Positions 12,154 through 19,864 of a stretch of DNA of 64,000 nucleotides are shown here, one piece after another. The stretch spans positions 47,889-111,888 of the forward strand of contig JANMQY010000060.1 in assembly GCA_031370785.1 (NCBI GenBank), written 5' to 3'. The stretch comes from Candidatus Eiseniibacteriota bacterium. GTDB lineage: Bacteria; Eisenbacteria; RBG-16-71-46. The position numbers and the translations under genes are program-made. The first letter of the stretch is position 1. Each line of letters begins with the position of its first letter. The notes beneath the pieces were generated by a model. The model was not told the DNA's origin. It made no database searches and saw only the letters and a program-made list of their open reading frames with translations.

Positions 12154-12735
12154 TCAGGCGGGCTCCTCGAGCGAGCGGGTAAGTACGGCAATGATCTCGG
12201 CGGCATCGCCCTGCGCGGCGCGCAGTCGGTGCGGGAGCGTGAGCGATGCCTGCACCGCGTCACCCTCGCCGAGCGTCACACGAAGATCTCCGAACTGGGT
12301 TTCGACCCGGCCACGCCGCACCAGGTAGAGGGCGTCGCCGTCCACCTGCTGCGCCTTGAGATTGAGTTCCGGCGCCGAAGCCGAGGCGGCGAACGTCAGG
12401 CGATAGGGAAACATCCTGCTCCCCGGGATGCCTGGCGTCAGCGCTTCGGCGGTGATGCCCTCAGCGGGAGTCAGCATGTGCGCCTTCTCGCGCGTGACGT
12501 ATGCGGTCTCGGCGCGCTCGTCGCGCTCGATGAAATAGGAAGCGTCCTTCTCGAGCGCGCGTGCGATGCGCACCAGCGCGCCGATTGTGGGAGAGGTGCG
12601 ACCACGCTCGATCTCGGAAAGGTGGGTGGCCGAGAGGCCCGAGGCCTGCTCGACCTGCTTCAACGTCATGCGGCGCTCCAGACGGAGCTTCCGGATGCGC
12701 CTGCCCAGTTCATCAATCTCGACGATGGAAGTCAT
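12154..12735 (-). CDS. XRE-cupin transcriptional regulator (divergent cupin)
   Basis: HTH SATHLSEIERGRTSPTIGAL; cupin-like C-terminus LGEGDAV...PHRL; GAGGG RBS. Confidence 0.88.
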   Translation of the reverse strand: MTSIVEIDELGRRIRKLRLERRMTLKQVEQASGLSATHLSEIERGRTSPTIGALVRIARALEKDASYFIERDERAETAYVTREKAHMLTPAEGITAEALTPGIPGSRMFPYRLTFAASASAPELNLKAQQVDGDALYLVRRGRVETQFGDLRVTLGEGDAVQASLTLPHRLRAAQGDAAEIIAVLTRSLEEPA

Positions 12736-12802
12736 GGGTTTGCGTTCCCTCGGTGCCGCGCTGCCTGCGCCCGGTGGCGCAGGCCGGAAGGGGCCTTGTA
12801 GT

Positions 12803-12828
12803 GAAACGGACTACGCACGTGCCGTTTC
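12803..12828. promoter_or_regulatory. Inverted repeat upstream of the XRE pair (candidate operator)
   Basis: GAAACGG-N12-CCGTTTC. Confidence 0.4.
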
Positions 12829-12904
12829 GATATAGGGGGCTGCGGATCTCGGACGAAGGATACCTATCGCGCACACTCGTCTGACCCGCACCAGTTGCTG
12901 GCAC

Positions 12905-13026
12905 CCATGATTCAATTGCCTGTTGCACCCGAGGGGGGACACGGGTGCGAGCGGATTCCCCCGTGAAAGGGGAACGGCCGCGCGAGAAATGTCACGGCTG
13001 ATGATGACACATCCCTGAAATCATGG
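12905..13026 (+). ncRNA. Candidate structured RNA (4-way junction), family unknown
   Basis: Closing stem CCATGATT/AATCATGG encloses three hairpins (TTGCACCCG/CGGGTGCGA; GCGG-TTCCCC/GGGGAA-CCGC; TGTCA/TGACA) in a 626-bp intergenic gap. Confidence 0.35.
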
Positions 13027-13361
13027 TCAAGGACGATAGCCCTGCACCTCATCCGCCGGCGCCTTCCGGTCTAGCGATCGCGAGGCGGGTTTGGAAGAGG
13101 TGCGATCGCGGCGGCGTTGGGCGCAGGCGTTGTGGGTCGTGCGTGTCGTGCTCGTGACACGGAGGCGAGGTCTGGCGCGCCATTGCCCCCGATTCGTCGC
13201 GACGTTCCGCAGCCTTGACACCTCGGCCCGCCGAGCGCGAAACTGCGCCTCGAAACCCACGCTTTGCATCTGCAAGAACGTCGGTTGCGCGCCACTTTGT
13301 GAAAGTTGGCGCAAGACCGATGCGCGCTCGAGCCGAAACGCCTCCACCTTAAGGGGACTTC

Positions 13362-14114
13362 GTGATCCAGGTCGTGTGCATCAAGCAGGTGGCCGACACC
13401 GAGACCCGCGTGAAGGTGGCAGCCGATGGCAAGAGCCTCGACCCCGCGGGCGTCACCTGGATTCTGAATCCCTATGACGAGTTCGCGGTCGAGCAGGCGC
13501 TTCGCGTCAAGGAGCAGCTCGGCGCCGGCGAGGTGATCGCGATCTCGCTTGGAGGCGCCGGCGTTCCGACCACGCTTCGCAGCGTGCTCGCGATGGGCGC
13601 GGATCGCGCGATCCATCTGAAGGCCGACGGCCCGGCGCCGGACTCGCTGCAGGTGGCACGAGCTCTCGCCACCGAGATCGCACCGCTTGGCGCGGGACTG
13701 GTGTGGCTCGGCAAGCAGGCGGTGGACGACGATGCCGCGCAGGTCGGACCCATGCTCGCCGAGTTGCTGCATCTGCCGTGCGTGACGGTGGTCGCGAGCT
13801 TCGAGCTGGCGGGCGATCGTGCGAAGGTCGAGCGCGAGATCGAGGGCGGCCGAGAGGTCGTCGAAGTCACCCTTCCCGCCGTGCTCACCGCGGACAAGGG
13901 ACTCAACGAGCCGCGCTACGCCTCGCTCAAGGGCATCATGGCCGCGAAGAAGAAGACCATCGACGAGAAGCCGGCCGCTCTCGGAGAGCCCAACCTCGAG
14001 GTCAAGTCGCTGGCGCTGCCGCCTGCGCGTTCGGCCGGACGCATCGTCGGCAAGGGCATCGAAGCGGTGCCCGAGCTGGTGCGGCTGCTGCGCGAAGAAG
14101 CGAAGGTGATCTGA
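13362..14114 (+). CDS. etfB: Electron transfer flavoprotein beta subunit
   Basis: VCIKQV, LNPYDEFAVEQAL, AMGADRA, GKQAVD, NEPRYASLKGIMAAKKK; AAGGGG RBS. Confidence 0.95.
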   Translation: MIQVVCIKQVADTETRVKVAADGKSLDPAGVTWILNPYDEFAVEQALRVKEQLGAGEVIAISLGGAGVPTTLRSVLAMGADRAIHLKADGPAPDSLQVARALATEIAPLGAGLVWLGKQAVDDDAAQVGPMLAELLHLPCVTVVASFELAGDRAKVEREIEGGREVVEVTLPAVLTADKGLNEPRYASLKGIMAAKKKTIDEKPAALGEPNLEVKSLALPPARSAGRIVGKGIEAVPELVRLLREEAKVI

Positions 14115-15091
14115 TGAGCATCCTGGTTTTCATCGAGCAACGCGAGGGTCGCGTCCGTCCCGTGTCGCGCGAAGCGCTCGGCGAAGCGACGCGACTGGCA
14201 GCAACCCTGGGCGGGCCGGTCGTGGGTGTGTGCGCGGCCTCCGCGGATCCGGGACTCGCGGCGCTCGGCGCTGCAGGCGCCGACAAGGTGCTGCTCGCGA
14301 CGGGTCCGCGCTTCGAGTGGTACGACGCCGAGGCCATGACCGCGGCGGTCGTCGCCGCGATCGAATCGCTCGAGCCCGATCTGGTGCTGTTCGCCGCCTC
14401 GGCGATGGGCAAGGACCTCTCGCCGCGCGTCGCGGCCAGGATCGGCGTGGGGCTGGCCTCGGATTGCACCGCGCTCACCCCGCAGGGCGGAACGCTGCTC
14501 GCGAGCCGACCGGTGTTTGCGGGCAAGGCGCTCCAGACCGTGCGCTTCCCGCGCAAGCCGGCGATGGCGTCGCTCAGGCCGAAGGTGTTCGCGACCATCA
14601 CCCGCGAAGGCGCGACCACCCCGGTCGAGCGGCTGGTCGTGGCGCTCGATGCCGCGCCGTCGCGCGCCCGCGTCACGAGCGTGGTCGCGGCCTCGGGCGG
14701 CAAGACCGACCTGACCGAGTCCGAGATCATCGTGTCGGGTGGACGCGGGCTCAAGGGGCCCGAGCATTTCGATCTGGTCGAGAATCTCGCCGCGGCGCTC
14801 GGCGCGACCGTGGGCGCTTCGCGCGCGGTCGTGGATGCCGGGTGGCGCCCGCACGCGGATCAGGTCGGACAGACCGGCAAGACGGTTTCGCCCAAGCTGT
14901 ACGTGGCGGTTGGAATCTCGGGAGCGATTCAGCACCTCGCGGGCATGTCGTCCTCGCGATGCATCGTCGCGATCAACAAGGATCCCGATGCGCCGATCTT
15001 CAAGGTCGCGGACTACGGTCTGGTCGGCGACCTGTTCGAAGTGGTGCCGGCGCTCACCGAGGCGGTGCAGAAGCTCAACGCGCACGTCTGA
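14114..15091 (+). CDS. etfA: Electron transfer flavoprotein alpha subunit
   Basis: IIVSGGRG, VGASRAVVDAGW, QVGQTGKTV, GISGAIQHLAGM, AINKDPDAPIF. Confidence 0.95.
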   Translation: MSILVFIEQREGRVRPVSREALGEATRLAATLGGPVVGVCAASADPGLAALGAAGADKVLLATGPRFEWYDAEAMTAAVVAAIESLEPDLVLFAASAMGKDLSPRVAARIGVGLASDCTALTPQGGTLLASRPVFAGKALQTVRFPRKPAMASLRPKVFATITREGATTPVERLVVALDAAPSRARVTSVVAASGGKTDLTESEIIVSGGRGLKGPEHFDLVENLAAALGATVGASRAVVDAGWRPHADQVGQTGKTVSPKLYVAVGISGAIQHLAGMSSSRCIVAINKDPDAPIFKVADYGLVGDLFEVVPALTEAVQKLNAHV

Positions 15092-15144
15092 AATGCGCGC
15101 AGCTCGATTCGCGCGCCGGCACGGTCGGCGGCGCGCCGCGCGGC

Positions 15145-15173
15145 TTGACGGTCGCGCGCTCGGACCGTAGGGT
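15145..15173 (+). promoter_or_regulatory. Sigma70-type promoter of the nuo operon
   Basis: TTGACG-17 bp-TAGGGT, 60 bp upstream of nuoA. Confidence 0.5.
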
Positions 15174-15233
15174 GCAGTGCCCGCGCGGACACTGGTCCGA
15201 GCGTCTGATGCATGGCCGATTCTGAGGAGCGTC

Positions 15234-15587
15234 GTGCGCGAATACCTGCCGGTACTCCTGTTCTTCATCGTCGCCGCGGCGTTCGCGGGTGGCACCATCG
15301 GACTGTCCACGATCATCGTGCCGCGCCGCCGCAACGCCGTGAAGAATTCGGCGTACGAGTGTGGCGTCGAGCCGGTCGGAGACGCGCGCTCGCGTTTCTC
15401 GATCAAGTTCTACATGGTCGCGGTGCTGTTCATCCTCTTCGACATCGAGGCGGTGTTCCTCTACCCGTGGGCGGTCACGTTTCGCCAGCTCGGGTTGTAC
15501 GGGCTCATCGAGATGATCCTGTTCATCGCGGTCCTGCTGGTGGGCTACGTGTACCTGCTGAAGAAGCGGGCGCTCGAATGGGAATGA
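15234..15587 (+). CDS. nuoA: NADH-quinone oxidoreductase subunit A
   Basis: [40 protein letters not shown]. Confidence 0.95.
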   Translation: MREYLPVLLFFIVAAAFAGGTIGLSTIIVPRRRNAVKNSAYECGVEPVGDARSRFSIKFYMVAVLFILFDIEAVFLYPWAVTFRQLGLYGLIEMILFIAVLLVGYVYLLKKRALEWE

Positions 15588-15633
15588 CCCCGCCGCGCGG
15601 TACGCGCCACCAGAGTCGGCAGCAGGAGTTCGC

Positions 15634-16299
15634 ATGACCGATCCCAGGCCAACCAATCCGTTCCGTCCGCTCGGCGGGCCGGCCCCGGCGCCGGTCGTGC
15701 CGGTCTCGGACCTGCTTTCGCCCAGGACCGAGGACGATCTGCTGCGCGAGGAGGTCGAGCGCGGCGTCCTGTTCACCACGTTCGAGGGCATGGCCAACTG
15801 GGCGGTCAACCAGTCGCGCGTGAATGCGATCTGGCCGCTCGGCTTCGGACTCGCGTGCTGCGCGATCGAAATGATGGCGATCGCCGGCCCGCGCTTCGAC
15901 ATCTCGCGCTTCGGCGCGGAGGTGTTCCGCGGCTCGCCGCGCCAGGCCGACCTCATGATCGTCGCCGGCCGCGTGAGCGTGAAGATGGCGCCGGTGCTGC
16001 GTCAGCTGTACGACCAGATGCCGGATCCGAAGTGGGTGATCTCGATGGGCGCGTGCGCGTCGTGCGGCGGCGTGTTCAACAACTACGCGATCCTGCAGGG
16101 CGTGGACAAGATCGTGCCGGTGGACGTCTACGTGCCCGGCTGCCCGCCGCGTCCCGAGGCGCTGATCCACGGCATCATGAAACTTCAGGAGAAGATCCTC
16201 GCCTCGTCGGTCGAGATCGGCACGCTCAAGCTCCGCCCGCGCAAGAGCTCGAAGACTCCGAAGACCCAGAAGAGCTCGAAGCAGAAGGGCGCTGCGTGA
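15634..16299 (+). CDS. nuoB: NADH-quinone oxidoreductase subunit B
   Basis: [30 protein letters not shown] (cluster N2 ligands). Confidence 0.97.
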   Translation: MTDPRPTNPFRPLGGPAPAPVVPVSDLLSPRTEDDLLREEVERGVLFTTFEGMANWAVNQSRVNAIWPLGFGLACCAIEMMAIAGPRFDISRFGAEVFRGSPRQADLMIVAGRVSVKMAPVLRQLYDQMPDPKWVISMGACASCGGVFNNYAILQGVDKIVPVDVYVPGCPPRPEALIHGIMKLQEKILASSVEIGTLKLRPRKSSKTPKTQKSSKQKGAA

Positions 16300-16862
16300 T
16301 GGAGCTGGCTCCCGAGCGTATCGAACAGCGGCTGAGGGAGCGCTTCCCGGAGATGCCGCTGCGCCGCCAGACCGGCGAGGCAGTGCGCGACTTCACGCTG
16401 TTCGTGCCCGGCGCCCGGCTGGTCGAGGTCTGTACTTTCCTGCGCGACGATCCCGAGCTCGATTTCGCGATGCTCTCCTGGATCGGTGGGGTCGACTACC
16501 TGCCGCGCGAGCCGCGCTTCGAGGTGGTCTACGGCCTGCTCTCGCTCTCGGCCAACGCGCGCCTCCACCTCAAGGTCGAAGTGCTCGAAGAGAATCCGCG
16601 CGTGCCGAGCGTGGTCGGAGTGTGGCCGACCGCGAACTGGCACGAGCGCGAGACCTACGACTTCTACGGGATCGAGTTCACCGGGCATCCCGACCTCACG
16701 CGCATCCTGCTGCCCGACGACTGGGTGGGCTGGCCGCTGCGCAAGGATTCGCCGCTCGGATACGAAGAGGTCGCGTTCACGCACAACACGCCGAAACGCA
16801 CCAAGCCCGCGCCCTCGCTCACGCGCCTCAAGCCGAAGAAGGTGACCTACCGTGCGCAGTGA
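16299..16862 (+). CDS. nuoC: NADH-quinone oxidoreductase subunit C
   Basis: RFEVVY, ANWHERETYDFYGIEFTGHPDLTRIL, PLRKD. Confidence 0.95.
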   Translation: MELAPERIEQRLRERFPEMPLRRQTGEAVRDFTLFVPGARLVEVCTFLRDDPELDFAMLSWIGGVDYLPREPRFEVVYGLLSLSANARLHLKVEVLEENPRVPSVVGVWPTANWHERETYDFYGIEFTGHPDLTRILLPDDWVGWPLRKDSPLGYEEVAFTHNTPKRTKPAPSLTRLKPKKVTYRAQ

Positions 16863-18030
16863 GACCATGACCCTGAACATGGGTCCGCAGCACCCCTCGA
16901 CGCACGGTGTGCTGCGGGTCGCGCTCGAGCTCGACGGCGAGAACGTGGTGCGGGCGAAACCGATCATCGGCTACCTCCACACCGGCATGGAGAAGCAGGC
17001 CGAGTACAAGACCTACACCCAGTCCATTCCGCAGACCGACCGGATGGACTACCTGGCGCCGATGAGCAACAACCTCGCGCTGTGCCTCGCGGCCGAGAAG
17101 CTGGTCGGGATCGAGGCACCGCCACGCGCGCAGGCGATCCGCGTGCTGCTCACCGAGCTCACGCGCATCAGCGCCCACTGCGTCTGGCTCGGAACGCACG
17201 CGATCGACATCGGCGCGATGACCGTGTTCTGGTACTGCTTCCGCGAGCGCGAGAAGGTCCTGTCGATCTACGACCAGGTGTGCGGCGCGCGCATGACCGC
17301 TTCGTACTTCCGGGTTGGCGGGCTCGCGATGGACATTCCTGCAGGATTCCTCGACCGCTGCGAGAAGTTCGTGGACGAGATGCCGGCGCACGTCGACGAG
17401 TACGAGAGCCTGCTGACCAAAAACCCGATCTGGCTCGCGAGGCTCAAGGGCGTGGCGACGCTCTCGGCGCGCGATGCGGTCGCGCTGGGCGCGACCGGCC
17501 CGACGCTGCGCGGCTCCGGGGTCAAGTGGGACCTGCGCAAGGCCCAGCCCTACTCGGGCTACGAGAGCTACGACTTCGACGTGCCGGTCGGAGCGGTGGG
17601 AGACGCCTACGATCGCTACCAGGTGCGCGTCGCCGAGATGCGCGAGTCCACGCGCATCGCCAAGCAGGCCGTGCAACGCCTGCGCGAACTGGGGCCGGGA
17701 CTTTATCGCGTGCGCGACTTCAAGTACGTGCTGCCTCCCAAGGAAGAGGTGAAGACCTCGATGGAGGCGCTCATCCACCATTTCAAGATCGTGGCGCACG
17801 GATTCTTCCCGCCGGTGGGCGAGGCGTATCAGGCGGTCGAGGCGCCCAAGGGCGAGCTCGGCTTCTACTTCGTCTCCGACGGAACGCCGCGGCCGTGGCG
17901 CATGAAGGTGCGTTCCCCGTCGTTCGTGAACCTGCAGACGCTGCCGACGATGGTCGCGGGACGCCTGGTGGCGGACGTGATCGTTGCGATCGGCAGCCTC
18001 GACATCGTGCTCGGGGAGATCGATCGGTGA
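16852..18030 (+). CDS. nuoD: NADH-quinone oxidoreductase subunit D
   Basis: NMGPQHPSTHGVLR, GYLHTGMEK, DRMDY, EAPKGE, DIVLGEIDR. Confidence 0.97.
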   Translation: MRSETMTLNMGPQHPSTHGVLRVALELDGENVVRAKPIIGYLHTGMEKQAEYKTYTQSIPQTDRMDYLAPMSNNLALCLAAEKLVGIEAPPRAQAIRVLLTELTRISAHCVWLGTHAIDIGAMTVFWYCFREREKVLSIYDQVCGARMTASYFRVGGLAMDIPAGFLDRCEKFVDEMPAHVDEYESLLTKNPIWLARLKGVATLSARDAVALGATGPTLRGSGVKWDLRKAQPYSGYESYDFDVPVGAVGDAYDRYQVRVAEMRESTRIAKQAVQRLRELGPGLYRVRDFKYVLPPKEEVKTSMEALIHHFKIVAHGFFPPVGEAYQAVEAPKGELGFYFVSDGTPRPWRMKVRSPSFVNLQTLPTMVAGRLVADVIVAIGSLDIVLGEIDR

Positions 18031-18551
18031 GAAGCGCGTCCACCTCGAACGGCACCCTGATCGATCCGGCCGGGCTGGCGCCATTGCGCATCTCGGACGC
18101 CGCCAGGTCCGAGATCGCTCAGGGTTTGACGCGCTATCCGAACCGCCGCTCCGCGATCCTGCCGGTGCTGTGGGCTCTGCAGCGCGAGCTGGGCTGGCTC
18201 TCTCCGGCCGCGCTGCGTTACGCGGCGCAGACGGTCGAGCTGCCGGACCCCGAGGTGTTCGGGATCGCCACGTTCTACACCATGTTCAACCTCGCGCCGG
18301 TGGGACGCCATCACCTGCAGGTGTGCATGACGCTGTCGTGCTCGTTGATGGGCTCGGACCGGCTGTTCCGCCACCTCGAAAAGAAGCTCGGCATTGGCCA
18401 CGGCGAGACCACGCCGGACGGGCGCTTCACGCTGCGCCGCGTCGAGTGCCTCGCGGCGTGCGGCGGCGCGCCGTGCATGCAGGTGAATTTCGACTACCAC
18501 GAGAACCTCGATGAGGCCGCGACCGACCGGCTGCTGGAGACCCTGAAGTGA
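18027..18551 (+). CDS. nuoE: NADH-quinone oxidoreductase subunit E
   Basis: ATFYTMF, VCMTLSC, VECLAACGGAP (2Fe-2S). Confidence 0.95.
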   Translation: MRSASTSNGTLIDPAGLAPLRISDAARSEIAQGLTRYPNRRSAILPVLWALQRELGWLSPAALRYAAQTVELPDPEVFGIATFYTMFNLAPVGRHHLQVCMTLSCSLMGSDRLFRHLEKKLGIGHGETTPDGRFTLRRVECLAACGGAPCMQVNFDYHENLDEAATDRLLETLK

Positions 18552-19864
18552 GAGGCCCGCTGCTGTTCAAGGACATCGACACGCCGGGGCTGGCGGCGAT
18601 CGCGACCTATCGCGCCGGCGGCGGCTACGAGCCGCTCACCTCGACCCTCGGCGCGAAGAGTCCCGACGAGTGCATCGAGATCGTGAAGGCTTCCGGGCTT
18701 CGCGGGCGCGGCGGCGCCGGATTCCCGACCGGACTCAAGTGGAGCTTCGTGCCGAAGAATTCGCCGAAGCCCAAGTACCTGGTGTGCAACGCGGACGAGA
18801 GCGAGCCCGGCACGTTCAAGGATCGCGAGCTGATGGAGAAGAACCCTCATCTGCTGATCGAGGGAATGATCCTGTCGGCTTACGCGTTCAACGCGAACAC
18901 CGGATACATCTACCTGCGCGGTGAGTTCGAGTACATCCAGCGCATTCTCGACAGCGCGATTGCCGAGGCGCGCGCCGCCGGCTTCCTCGGCGATCGCGTC
19001 GCCGGCACCGGCTTTCGCTTCGAGCTGTACACGCACCTTGGCGCGGGCGCGTATATCTGCGGCGAGGAGACCGCGCTCTTGAGCTCGCTCGAGGGTTACC
19101 GCGGCCAGCCGCGGCTCAAGCCTCCGTTCCCCGCGGTCGAGGGCCTCTACGCGTGCCCGACCGTGGTCAACAACACCGAGACGCTGATGAACGTGCCGCA
19201 CATCCTGAAGCATGGCGCAGCGTGGTACCGGCAATGGGGCACCGAGAAGAGCCCGGGCACCAAGATCCTCAGCGTTTCCGGTCCGGTGAAGAAGCCGGGC
19301 AACTACGAGGTCGCGCTCGGGCTGCCGCTGCGCCGCCTGATCGAAGAGCAGTGCGGCGGCATGCGCGAAGGCGTGAAGGTGAAGGCGGTGATCCCGGGCG
19401 GCTCCTCGGTGCCGCTCCTGCCCGCATCGCTGCTCGACACCGGGCTCGACTACGAGTCCATGAACGCGGTGGGGACCTATCTCGGTTCGGGCGGCGTGAT
19501 CGTGATCGACGACCGGACCTGCATCGTGGACGCGATGTACAACGTGACGCGCTTCTACGAGCACGAATCGTGCGGCAAGTGCACGCCGTGCCGCGAAGGC
19601 ACCTACTGGATGAGCGAAGTGTTCGAGCGCCTCGAAACCGGCAAGGGCCGGCCCGGCGACGTGGATCTGCTGGCCGACGTCTCGGACAACATCCTGGGCA
19701 AGTCGTTCTGCGCGCTCGGCGACGCGGCGGCCATGCCGGTGCTCGGCGCGATCAAGCACTTCCGTGAGGAGTTCGACCACCACGTCACGCACGGACGCTG
19801 TCTCGTGAACCGACGCGTCGAGGAGATCGCGGCGGGCGCGGGCGCGGTGGGAGCGCGGGCGTGA
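18548..19864 (+). CDS. nuoF: NADH-quinone oxidoreductase subunit F
   Basis: SGLRGRGGAGFPTG, NADESEPGTFKD, GAYICGEETAL, ESCGKCTPCREG. Confidence 0.97.
   Translation: MRGPLLFKDIDTPGLAAIATYRAGGGYEPLTSTLGAKSPDECIEIVKASGLRGRGGAGFPTGLKWSFVPKNSPKPKYLVCNADESEPGTFKDRELMEKNPHLLIEGMILSAYAFNANTGYIYLRGEFEYIQRILDSAIAEARAAGFLGDRVAGTGFRFELYTHLGAGAYICGEETALLSSLEGYRGQPRLKPPFPAVEGLYACPTVVNNTETLMNVPHILKHGAAWYRQWGTEKSPGTKILSVSGPVKKPGNYEVALGLPLRRLIEEQCGGMREGVKVKAVIPGGSSVPLLPASLLDTGLDYESMNAVGTYLGSGGVIVIDDRTCIVDAMYNVTRFYEHESCGKCTPCREGTYWMSEVFERLETGKGRPGDVDLLADVSDNILGKSFCALGDAAAMPVLGAIKHFREEFDHHVTHGRCLVNRRVEEIAAGAGAVGARA

Noticed and set aside
13172..13187. Sigma-54 promoter-like TGGCGCGCCATTGC upstream of etfB
   Set aside because: GG-to-GC spacing is 9 nt rather than the required 10.
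13095..13320. Lysine or c-di-GMP riboswitch (AGAGGTGC; GTGA loop followed by GGCGCAA)
   Set aside because: Only isolated words match; the other conserved elements and stems of these aptamers are missing.
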